DNA of 64,000 nt from assembly GCA_030390025.1 (NCBI GenBank), contig JASTWF010000331.1:310001-374000 (forward strand), read 5' to 3'. Of the stretch, positions 27,164 through 37,949 are shown piece after piece. The DNA is from Squalus acanthias. Lineage: Eukaryota. The first letter of the stretch is position 1. Each line of letters starts with the position of its first letter. The translations under genes and the position numbers were made by a program. Under the pieces are notes generated by a model that worked only from the letters and a program-made list of their open reading frames with translations, did not search any database and was not told the DNA's origin.

Positions 27164-27415
27164 GGGAAGAGCTGGAAATCAAATAGATTTAAGGCCAGGG
27201 TAAAGCTGGGAAAAGGGGGAGGGGATAAAGGAACAAAGGAGGAGATGAAGAGACATTAAGAGACATTAAGAGATATGCAAGGCTAGAGGTGGTGTTAATG
27301 TGACAGATTAAGGCTGAATGAAGTGTGAAATCTACTGGCAGAATGAAGGACAGCTGCCAGCTTCTAGGAGGAAAAAAAAAGGTGGGGGGGACAAATAAAA
27401 GGGTGGATAAAATAT

Positions 27416-29305
27416 TTCTCTGCTCCCCTCACTCACTCCAACCTACCTCCCTCTGAACTTGCAGCACTCCATTCTCTCCGATCCAACCCTGACATTGTCA
27501 TTAAACCTGCTGACAAGGGTGGCGCTGTTGTTGTTTGGCGAACCGACCTCTACCTAGCGGAAGTTGAACGCCAACTCTCTGACACCTCCTCCTACCTCCA
27601 CCTGGACCATGACCCCACTACCGAACATCAAGCCACCGTGTCCAAGACTGTCACTGACCTCATCTCCTCTGGAGATCTTCCCCCCACGGCCGCCAACCTC
27701 ATAGTTCCCCAACCCCGCACAGCCCGCTTCTACCTCCTTCCCAAGATCCACAAACAGGACTGCCCCGGTAGACCCATCGTTTCAGCCTGTTCTTGCCCCA
27801 CGGAACTTATCTTTTCCTATCTCGACTCTATTTTTTCTCCCCTTGTCCAGTCTCTTCCCACCTACATCCGCGACTCTTCCGATGCCCTCCGCCATTTTAA
27901 CAGTTTCCAGTTTCCCGGCCCCAACCGTCTCCTCTTCACTATGGACGTACAATCCCTCTACACCTCCATTCCCCACCAGGATGGCCTGAGGGCGCTCCGC
28001 TTCTTCCTTGAACAGAGGCCCAACCAGTCCCCATCCACCACCACCCTCCTCCGCCTGGCTGAACTTGTTCTCACATTGAACAACTTCTCCTTTGACTCTA
28101 CCCATTTCCTCCAAATTAAAGGTGTTGCTATGGGTACCCGCATGGGTCCTAGCTATGCCTGCCTTTTCGTGGGATATGTGGAACACTCTTTGTTCCAGTC
28201 CTACTCGGGTCCCCTCCCTCACCTCTTTTTCCGGTACATTGATGACTGTATCGGTGCCGTCTCCTGCTCTCGCCCTGAACTAGAACATTTCATTCACTAT
28301 GCTTCCAATTTCCACCCTTCCCTCACCTTCACATGGTCCATCTCCGACTCTTCTCTTCCTTTCCTCGACTTCTCCATCTCCATCTCTGGGGATAGGTTAT
28401 TGACTAACATTCACTACAAGCCCACCGACTCCCACAGCTACCTGGACTACACTTCCTCCCACCCCGCCTCCTGTAAGGACTCTATTCCATTCTCCCAGTT
28501 TCTCCGTCTCCGCCGCATCTGCTCTGATGATGCCACCTTCCATACCAGTGCTTCCGACATGTCTTCCTTTTTCCTCAACCGAGGATTCCCCTCTACCGTG
28601 GTCGACACGGCCCTCGACCGTGTCCGTTCTATCTCCCGCACATCTGCCCTCACCCCTGCCCCTCCCTCCCGGAACCACGATAGGGTTCCCCTTGTCCTCA
28701 CCTTTCACCCCACCAGCCTCCACATTCAACGGATCATCCTCCGCCATTTCCGCCACCTCCAGCGTGATCCCACCACCAAACACATCTTCCCCTCACCTCC
28801 CCTTTCAGCATTCCGCAGGGACCGCTCCCTCCGCGACACCCTAGTCCACTCCTCTACCACCCCCAGCACCCCTTCCCCTTCGCCCGGCACCTTCCCGTGC
28901 ACGCGCAGGAGATGCAACACATGCCCTTATACCTCCCCTCTTCCCACTGTCCAGGGCCCCAAACACCCCTTCCAGGTGAAACAGCGATTTACTTGTACTT
29001 CCTGCAATTTAGTATACTGTATTCGCTGCTCACGATGTGGACTCCTCTACATTGGGGATACCAAACGCAGATTGGGTGACCGCTTTGCGGAACACCTCCG
29101 TTCAGTCCGTAAGGGGGACCCCGAGCTCCCGGTGGCCTGTCACTTTAATTCACCGCTTCACTCCCACTCTGACCTCACCGTCCTCGGCCTAATACACTGT
29201 TCCACGGAAGCTCAGCGTAAGCTCGAGGAACAGCACCTCATCTTTCGTTTAGGCACGCTACAGCCCTCTGGACTCAATATCGAGTTCAACAATTTTAGAT
29301 CATAA
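27416..29305 (+). CDS. PLE RT + GIY-YIG endonuclease ORF, open but lacking its 5' end
   Basis: PADKGG, MDVQSLYTSIPH, GVAMGT, RYIDD, C-x4-C-x2-C linker and LVYCIRC..LYIGDT motifs; no internal stop. Confidence 0.92.
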   Translation, partial: FSAPLTHSNLPPSELAALHSLRSNPDIVIKPADKGGAVVVWRTDLYLAEVERQLSDTSSYLHLDHDPTTEHQATVSKTVTDLISSGDLPPTAANLIVPQPRTARFYLLPKIHKQDCPGRPIVSACSCPTELIFSYLDSIFSPLVQSLPTYIRDSSDALRHFNSFQFPGPNRLLFTMDVQSLYTSIPHQDGLRALRFFLEQRPNQSPSTTTLLRLAELVLTLNNFSFDSTHFLQIKGVAMGTRMGPSYACLFVGYVEHSLFQSYSGPLPHLFFRYIDDCIGAVSCSRPELEHFIHYASNFHPSLTFTWSISDSSLPFLDFSISISGDRLLTNIHYKPTDSHSYLDYTSSHPASCKDSIPFSQFLRLRRICSDDATFHTSASDMSSFFLNRGFPSTVVDTALDRVRSISRTSALTPAPPSRNHDRVPLVLTFHPTSLHIQRIILRHFRHLQRDPTTKHIFPSPPLSAFRRDRSLRDTLVHSSTTPSTPSPSPGTFPCTRRRCNTCPYTSPLPTVQGPKHPFQVKQRFTCTSCNLVYCIRCSRCGLLYIGDTKRRLGDRFAEHLRSVRKGDPELPVACHFNSPLHSHSDLTVLGLIHCSTEAQRKLEEQHLIFRLGTLQPSGLNIEFNNFRS

Positions 29306-29582
29306 CCTCAGCTCCAATCACATTTATATTTTATTTTATCCACCCTTTTATTTGTCCCCCCCACCTTTTTTTTTCCTCCTAGAAGCTGGCAGCTGTCCTT
29401 CATTCTGCCAGTAGATTTCACACTTCATTCAGCCTTAATCTGTCACATTAACACCACCTCTAGCCTTGCATATCTCTTAATGTCTCTTAATGTCTCTTCA
29501 TCTCCTCCTTTGTTCCTTTATCCCCTCCCCCTTTTCCCAGCTTTACCCTGGCCTTAAATCTATTTGATTTCCAGCTCTTCCC

Positions 29583-29619
29583 AGTTCTGATGAAAGGTCA
29601 TCGACCTGAAACGTCAACT
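29583..29619 (+). ncRNA. Minimal type I hammerhead ribozyme
   Basis: AGTT-CTGATGA-A-AGGTC-ATC-GACCT-GAAA-CG-TC-AACT. Confidence 0.85.
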
Positions 29620-32600
29620 CTCTTTCTCTCTCCACGGATGCTGCCTGGCCTGCTGAGTTTTTCCAGCGTTTTCTGTTGTTATTTCGGATTTCCAGCATCT
29701 GCAGTATTTTGCTATCGTATAAATAATAATATATCTACTTTACTTCTGTTAATTAAATGTCTGCCTGTCTGTGGTTTGCCTGGAGTGTAATAACATGAAT
29801 GGAAAGATCGCAAAGCAAGTTTTGCTCTGAAAAAATCCCAAGCACATTCCCCAATAAAGACCAGTCCAGAAAAAAATCAAATGGATTATTCTGAAAATAA
29901 TTTAAAAAACATAATATACTTTTCTTAAATTTCTTGTTTTGTTTGGGTTGGGCTGAAGGGGAGAGTAAGATCCCACAGCAGGATGTGCCATGAAACATTT
30001 CACAAACATTCCCCTATAAAGTCCAGTCCAGAAAAATATCAAATGGCTTGATGTATATATGTAGATTTGCTTTTTTTCAAAATTCTTGAATGAAAGGCAA
30101 AGTAAGATCCCACAACAGTGCAGTCTGGAATTAAATCAATATGATCACATGGAGTAAACTTTCTGTTTTTTTCAGGCATGAGCTGCAGTAACAATGCACA
30201 CGGCAGAGAACTTGAACACAGACAAGCCCTGCATATACACCAGCTTTTGCTGTCTGTCTCTCTCTGTCACACACACACACTCACACAGGCCAGCCTCCAA
30301 AATTGCCACAAATTACTGTCAGCAATGAAAGAAAGTTGATTTATTTCATTACTCTGCTCTGTTTGTGAGTTTAAAAGCAAACAGACAGTTTTCAGTCTTT
30401 TATCTTCTCTTTTTGCGGCCTACAGAAACAGGCTTTCTATTCTATATCAAAAGCAAATGCTGTGGATGGAGGAAATCTGAAATCAAAACAGAAAATGTTG
30501 GAAATACTCAGCAGGTAAGGCAGCATCTGTGGCGAGAGAGAGAAACAGAGTTAATGTTTCAGCTCGATTACCTTTTGTCAGATTCTGGAAAGGTTCTGAC
30601 GAAAGGTCATCGAGCTGAAACATTTACTCTGTTTCTCTGTATCTCCACTGATGCTGCCTAACATACTGAGTATTTCCAGCATTTTCTGTTTTTATTTCTA
30701 TTCTGCATGTTGTCTTGATTTCATGTGTCAACTCTCACTGCCTGCCTGCCTTGTCTTGATCTAAGTAGAGTGGAATAAAAAGAATGCAAAGATCCCAGTG
30801 CAGCTTTTATTGTCAGACAGTCCACAAAGACATTTTTCAGTATCTCACTGACTGACTGTCTCTCATGAAGGGAAGTGAAATGAAATAATGTGCAATAAAG
30901 TGATACACAACAGCAATACATGTGGACCAGGCCAGAATGAAATCAATAGGGTTTAATACAACAACAGCAGGTAATAAGACAGCTGACCACATCTCACACA
31001 AACACCAGCTTTTGCCCTCTCTCTCTCACACACACACACTCACAGCCTGGTCAGCCTGCAGAGGGATGACTGCCGTGTGGGAAAATTTAAACCAAAAAAA
31101 CACTTTTCAGTATCTTATCTTTTCACTTTGTGACCTACAGAAACAGGCTTTCAATTCTGCTACTTGCCTTTTGATCTCATGTCTCTCTCGCTCTCACTGA
31201 CTGTCTGCCACTCACATAGTCTCCCTCCCACCCACATTGAAATAAAATTTACAGCAAGATGACACACACTCACACAGACTCTGCAATTTGCAGATACTCT
31301 CACACACACATTTATTTTGAAAGGGATGCACCCTGGGATTGTCAATTTTTGATGATGGTCACTTTCTGGATGTGCGTCCATGTTTGATGAGGAAAAACAA
31401 ACAGGAATAAGTGAAGCCGAGGCCCCAGAAATCCCGGTCCCCGAGAGGAAATGAAAGCCCGAGAGGGTGAAAGGAAGTAAATGCAATCAGTAATAAATAA
31501 TAATATATATACTTTACTTCTGTTAATTAAATGTCTGCCTGTCTGTGGTTTGCCTGGAGTTTAATAAAATGAATGGAAAGATCGCACTGCAGCTTTTGCT
31601 CTGAAAACATCCCAAGCACATTCCCCAATAAAGCCCAGTCCAGAAAAAAATCAAATGTATTATTCTTAAAATAATCTAAAAATATAATATATACTTTTCT
31701 TTAACAAATTTCTTGTCTTGTTTGAGTTAGGCTGAAGGGGAGAGTAAGATCCCACAGCAGGATGTGCCATGAAACACTTCATAAACATTCCCCTATAAAG
31801 ACCAGTCCAGTAAAATATCAAATGGCTTGATGTATATATGCAGATTAGCTTTTTACAAAATTCTTGAATGAAAGGCAGAGTAAGATCCCACCACAGCGCA
31901 GTCTGGAATTAAATCAGTATGATCTAATGGTGTATACTTTCTGTTCTTTTAAGACATGAGCGGCAGTACCAATGCACACGGCAGATAACTTGAACACAGA
32001 CAAGCCCTGCATACACAGCAGCTTTTGCTGTCTGTCTCTCTTTCTCACACACACACACGCCAGCCTGCAAAACTGCCACAAATCACTGTCAGCAATGAAA
32101 GAAAGTTGATTTCTATCATTACTCTGCTCTGTTTGGCAGTTTAAAAGCAAACAGACAGTTTTCAGTCTTTTATCTTTTCAGTTTGCGGCCTACCGAAACA
32201 GGCTTTCTATTCTGCATCAAATGCAAATCATGTGGAAGTGGGAAATCTGAAATAAAAACAGAAAGTTTTGGAAATACTCAGCAGGTAAGGCAGCATCTAT
32301 GGAGAGAGAGAGAAACAGAGTTAATGTTTCAGCTCGATTACATTTTGTCAGTTTCTGGCAAGGTTCTGACGAAAGGTCATCGAGCTGAAACATTTACTCT
32401 GTTTCTCTGTATCTTCACTGATGCTTCCGAACATACTGAGTATTTCCAGCATTTTCTGTTTTATTTCTATTCTGCATGTTGTCTTGATTTCATGTGTCTC
32501 TCTCACTGCCTGCCTGCCTTGTCTTGATTTGAGTAGAGTGGAATAAAAAGAATGCAAAGATCCCAGGCAGCTTTTATTGTCATACAGTCCACAACGACAT

Positions 32601-33553
32601 TTTCAGTATCTGACTGACTGACTGTCTGTCTTGAAGGGAAGTGAAATGAAATAAAGTGCAATGAAGTGATACACAACAGCATTACATGTGGACCAGGCCA
32701 GAATGATATCAGCAGGGTTTAATACAACAACAGCAGGTAATGAGACAGCAGACCACATCTCACACAAACACCAGCTTTTTCCCTCTCTCTCTCACACACA
32801 CACACTCACAGCCTGGCCAGCCTGCAGAGGGATGACTGCCGTGTTGGAAGATTAAAACCAAAAAGACACTTGTCAGTATCTTATCTTTTCACTTTGTTGC
32901 CTACAGAAACAGGCTTTCTGTTCTGCAACGTGCCTTTTGATTTCATGACTCTCTCGCTCTCACTGACTGTCTGTCTGTCTGTCCCTCATACAGTCGCCCT
33001 CCCAACAACATTGAACTAAAACTTACAGTAACATGAAACACACACTCAGACAGACTGTCCAATTTGCAGACACACAGACACCCACGCACATACAGAGGCA
33101 CTCACACAGTCTCTGCAATTTGCAGAAACTCACCCTCACACATCCATTTTGAAAGATGTGGAGCCTGGGAGTGTCAAATTTTGATGATGGTCCCTTCCTG
33201 GCTGTGCGTCCATGTTTAATGAGGACAAATAAACAGGAAGAAGTGAAGCCGAGGCCCCAGAAATCCGGGTCCCCGAGAGGAAATTAAAGCCCGGGAGGTA
33301 GAAAATAAGTAAATACAATCAGGAATAAATAATAATATATATACTTTACTTCTGGTAATTAAATGTCTGCCTGTCTGTGGTTTGCCTGGAGTGAAATAAA
33401 ATGAATGGAAAGATCGCACAGCAGCTTTTGCTGTGAAAACATCCCAAGCACATTCCTCAATAAAGCCCAGTCCAGAAAAAAATCAAATGGATTATTCTGA
33501 AAATCATTAATAAAATATAATATATACTTTTCTTTAACAAATGTCTTGTCTTG

Positions 33554-33897
33554 CTTGATACAGATACAGAACGTGACTTGACATCATGGCCGGTCTTTCC
33601 AGGTGTTTTTTTTTAAAAAGACGAACACAAGAACCAACACAAATAGACAGGATATGCAGCCAGCAGGTGTTTTGACACGTTGGACCCCCTGGGACACATC
33701 TCATTGTCTTGGCTGTGCTCTTAGTGTGTCTTTGATGTAGGGAAAGATTTGAATAGATTTTTACTGTGTTTGTATTGTGAATTCTGGGAGATTCTCTCAC
33801 TGCAACTCTACCTGAGGAAGGAGCGAACAGCTCCGAAAGCTTGTAAAATTAAATAAATCTGTTGGACTATAACCTGGTGTTGTGCGACTTCTCATTT
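33554..33897 (+). mobile_element. Solo/5'-truncated PLE pLTR insertion with hammerhead at 33809-33845
   Basis: TAC-CTGAGGA-A-GGAGC-GAACA-GCTCC-GAAA-GC-TT-GTA followed by the same tail as 58350-58390; TTGTCTTG direct repeat on both sides; absent from the other units. Confidence 0.82.
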
Positions 33898-34218
33898 TTG
33901 TCTTGTTTGGGTTCGGCTGAAGGGGAGAGTAAGATCCCACAGCAGGCTGTGCCATGAAACACTTCACAAACATTCCCCAATAAAGTCCAGTACAGAAAAA
34001 TATCAAATGGCTTGATGCATATATGTAGATTTGCTTTTTACAAAATCTTGTAAGAATGGCAAAGTAAGATCCCACCACAGCGCAGTCTGGAATTAAATCA
34101 ATATGATCTAATGGTGTATACTTTCTGTTGTTTTCAGACATGAGCTGCAGTAACAATGCACACGACAGATAACATGAACACAGACAAGCCCTGCATACAC
34201 ACCAGCTTTTGCTGTCTG

Positions 34219-34254
<36 letters not shown>

Positions 34255-36565
34255 AGGCCAGCCTGCAAAATTGCCACAAATCACTGTCAGCAATGAAAGA
34301 AAGTAAATTTCTATCATTACTCTGCTGTTTGGCAGTTTAAATGCAAACAGACAGTTTTCAGTCTTTTATCTTTTCAGTTTTTGGCCTACCGAAACAGGCT
34401 TTCTATTCTGCATCAAATGCAAATCCTGTGGAAGTGGGAAATCTGAAATAAAAACAGAAAGTTTTGGAAATACTCAGCAGGTAAGGCAGCATTGGTGAGA
34501 GAGAGAGAAACAGAGTTACTGTTTCAGCTCGATTACCTTTTGTCAGATTCTGGAAAGGTTCTGAGGAAAGGTCATCGAGCTGAAACATTTACTCTGTTTC
34601 TCTGTATCTCCACTGATGCAGCCTAACATACTGAGAATTTCCAGCATTTTGTTTTTATTTCTATTCTGCATGTTGTCTTGATTTCATTGTCTCTCTCATT
34701 GCCTGCCAGACTGCCTGCCTGTCTACCTTGTGTTGATTTGAGTAGAGTGGAATAAAAAGAATGCAATGATCCCAGACAGCTTTTATTGTCAGACAGTCCA
34801 CAAAGACATTTTCAGTATCTGACTGACTGACTGTCTGTCTGTCTTGAAGTGAAATGAAATAAAGTGCAATGAAGTGATACACAACAGCATTACATGTGGA
34901 CCAGGCCAGAATGAAATCAATAGGGTTTAATACAACAACAGCACGTAATGAGACAGCAAACCACATCTCACACAAACACCAGCTTTTGCCCTCTCTCTCT
35001 CTCTCACACACACACTCACAGCCTAGCCAGCCTGCAGAGGGATGACTGCCGTGTTGGAAAATTAAAACCAAAAAGACACTTTTCAATATCTTATCTTTTC
35101 ACTTTGTTGCCTACAGAAAAAGGCTTTCTATTCTGCTACTTGCCTTTTGCTTTCATGTCTCTCTCCCTCTCACTGACTCTCTGTCTGTCTCTCTCACACA
35201 CACACAGACACCCTCCCACACACATTGATATAAAATTTACAGTATCATGACACACACACTCACACACACTCTACAAATTGCAGAAACACAGACACCCACT
35301 CACTAACAGACACAATTACACAGTCTCTGCAATTTGCAGAAACTCACACACACACATCCATTTTGAAAGATGTGGAGCCTCGGAGTGTCAATTTTTGATG
35401 ATGTCCCTTCCTGGCTGTGCGTCCATGTTTGACGAGGACAATCAAACAGGACGATGTGAAGCCGAGGCCCAAGAAATCCAGGTCCCCGAGAGGAAATGAA
35501 AGCCCGGGAGGGTGAAAAGAAGTAAATACAATCTGGAATAAATAATAATATATATACTTTACTTCTGTTAATTAAATGTCTGCCTGTCTGTGATTTGCCT
35601 GGAGTGTAATAAAATGAATGGAAAGATCGCACTGCAGCTTTTGCTCTGAAAACATCCCAAGCACATTCCCCAATAAAGCCCAGTCCAGAAAAAAATCAAA
35701 TGGATTATTCTGAAAATATTTAAAAAAATAAAATATATACTTATTTTTAACAAATGTCTTGCCTTGTTTGGGTTGGGCTGAAGGGGAGAGTAAGATCCCA
35801 CAGCAGGATGTGCCAAGAAACAATTCACAAACATTCCCCAATAAAGTCCAGTACAGAAAAATATCAAATGGCTTGACGTATATATGTAGATTAGCTTTTT
35901 ATAAAATTCTTGAATGAAAGGCAAAGTAAGATCCCACCACAGTGCAGTCTGGAATTAAATCAATATGATCTAATGGTGTATACTTTCTGTTGTTTTCAGA
36001 CATGAGCTGCAGTACCAATGAACACGGCAGATAACTTGAACACAGACAAGCCCTGCATACACACCAGCTTTTGCTGTCTGTCTCTCTCTCTGTCACACAC
36101 TCACACTCACACACACACACACACACACACACAGAGCCAGCCTGCAAAATCGCCACAAATCACTGTCAGCAATGAAAGAAAGTTGATTTCTTTCATAGCT
36201 CTGCTCTGTTTGGGAGTTTAAAAGCAAACAGACAGTTTTCAGTGTTTTATTCTGCAGGTTGTCTTGATTTCTCTCACTGCCTGCCAGCCTGCCTTGTCAC
36301 ACACAAACTCACAGCCTGGCCAGCCTGCAGAGGGACGTCTGCCGAGTTGGAAGATTAAAACCAAAATGACATACAGACAGATTCTGCAATTTGCAGAAAC
36401 TCACATTCAGACAGACTCTGCAATTTGCAGAAACTCACACTCAGTCTCACATCCATTTTGAAAGGGCTGCAGCCTGGCAGCGGCTGAGTCACGTGACCCT
36501 GTGGCTGGGCCTCTGACATCACAATGGGCGATGACGCGATTAGCTCGAGCGGGAATCCGTTAAAT

Positions 36566-36656
36566 TCAATTAACGCCCACTATCAATCCGGGTCTTGTTC
36601 CCCGCAGTAACTCCAGCTGTTTCTCTCCGGATGAACTGAACCGATTGTTCCCCAGA
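36566..36656 (-). CDS. NLR terminal coding exon
   Basis: Acceptor TTTCAG; phase 2; LGNNRFSSSGEKQLELLRGTRPGLIVGVN-TGA. Confidence 0.85.
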
Positions 36657-36825
36657 CTGAAACAGATTAAAGATTAAACAGGAAATAAACAGATTGAACA
36701 TCAGTGTAAATAACCGCGAGATTGGGGTTAATATTTCAATAATAATTACAGACAAATATTACCCACAGTGACTGAATCCCATTGATATTTTATTTATTAC
36801 ATTAAACATTAACACAAACACTCAC

Positions 36826-36993
36826 TCGATCCACTTCAGACTCCGGCAGGTCAGTATGAGGCGGCGGAGAGCGGGGACAGATCGGTCTGTGAAGGAGTTT
36901 GATTCCAGGTCCAGATCCGTCAGTGAGCGGATTGTACTGAGAGCGGAGGCGAGATCCTCGGCACCAGAATCTGTGAGACCGACACCACCCAGC
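36826..36993 (-). CDS. NLR LRR exon (168 bp)
   Basis: CCCCAG acceptor, GTGAGT donor; LGGVGLTDSGAEDLASALSTIRSLTDLDLESNSFTDRSVPALRRLILTCRSLKWI. Confidence 0.92.
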
Positions 36994-37134
36994 CTGGGGA
37001 TCAGAGAGAGAAATAACAGGAATCAGAGTCAATCCCCAGAGTTTATTAATAACACTATTACTGATACTAATAATAATGTTCAGTGTCAGACATCCAGTTA
37101 TTATAAACACAATCTCACACAGTCTGGTACTTAC

Positions 37135-37305
37135 CCCAGTTTCTGTATTTTACAGTCCGGGTTCCTCAGAGCCGCAGACACTAGTTTCACTCCTGAATCT
37201 CCCAGTTTATTAACACTCAGGTCCAGATCCGTCAGTGAGCGGATTGTCCTGAGAGCGGAGGCGAGATCCTCGGCACCAGAATCTGTGAGACCGACATACC
37301 ATAGA
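37135..37305 (-). CDS. NLR LRR exon (171 bp, two RI-like LRRs)
   Basis: AG/GTAAGT boundaries; LWYVGLTDSGAEDLASALRTIRSLTDLDLSVNKLGDSGVKLVSAALRNPDCKIQKL. Confidence 0.95.
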
Positions 37306-37446
37306 CTGGGGATCAGAGAGAGAAATAACAGGAATCAGAGTCAATCCCCAGAGTTTATTAATAACACTATTACTGATACTAATAATAATGTTCAGTGTCA
37401 GACATCCAGTTATTATAAACAAAATCTCACACAGTCTGGTACTTAC

Positions 37447-37617
37447 TGCAGTTTCTGTATTTTACAGTCCGGGTTCCTCAGAGCCGCAGACACTAGTTTC
37501 ACTCCTGAATCTCCCAGTTTATTATCACCCAGGTTCAGATCTGTCAGTGAGCGGTTTGTACTGAGAGCGGAGACAAGATCCTCGGCACCAGAACCTGTGA
37601 GACCGACAGTCCGCAGA
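37447..37617 (-). CDS. NLR LRR exon (171 bp, two RI-like LRRs)
   Basis: AG/GTAAGT boundaries; LRTVGLTGSGAEDLVSALSTNRSLTDLNLGDNKLGDSGVKLVSAALRNPDCKIQKL. Confidence 0.95.
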
Positions 37618-37758
37618 CTGGGGATCAGAGAGAGAAATAACAGGAATCAGAGTCAATCCCCAGAGTTTATTAATAACACTATTACTGATACTAATAATAA
37701 TGTTCAGTGTCAGACATCCAGTTATTATAAACAAAATCTCACACAGTCTGGTACTTAC

Positions 37759-37845
37759 TGCAGTTTCTGTATTTTACAGTCCGGGTTCCTCAGAGCCGCA
37801 GACACGAGTTTCACTCCTGAATCTCCCAGATCATTTTCGTTCAGA
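37759..37845 (-). CDS. NLR LRR exon (87 bp)
   Basis: Pyrimidine tract + TTTAG acceptor, GTAAGT donor; LNENDLGDSGVKLVSAALRNPDCKIQKL; phase 2 matches the NACHT exon donor. Confidence 0.93.
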
Positions 37846-37949
37846 CTAAACACAAACAGAGAGAAACAAACTGAATCAAAGCCCGGATCTGATAAAATTT
37901 TCTCTCTCGGATATTACAGCAATCACTGAAAGTATTTCAGGGCATTAAT

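Larger units (their letters stand above)
27067..29718 (+). mobile_element. Penelope-like element (Neptune-type), 5'-truncated with inverted pLTR
   Basis: Inverted repeat 27070-27414/29332-29676; TSD ATAAATAATAATA at 27054-27066 and 29719-29731. Confidence 0.95.
22412..36480. repeat. Macrosatellite, ~1.8-1.9-kb unit, 7 further copies
   Basis: Marker ACAGACAAGCCCT recurs near 22445, 23808, 25644, 30215, 31993, 34177 and 36037 (and 11822). Confidence 0.92.

Noticed and set aside
27070..29676. DNA transposon with long TIRs
   Set aside because: The inverted repeats are PLE pLTRs around an RT/GIY-YIG ORF; no transposase
37180..37820. ISRE-like AGTTTCACT repeated three times
   Set aside because: Explained by the LRR codons for G-V-K-L
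36856..37929. 357-aa plus-strand ORF with three repeats
   Set aside because: Antisense shadow of the NLR LRR exon-intron units (312 bp is divisible by 3)
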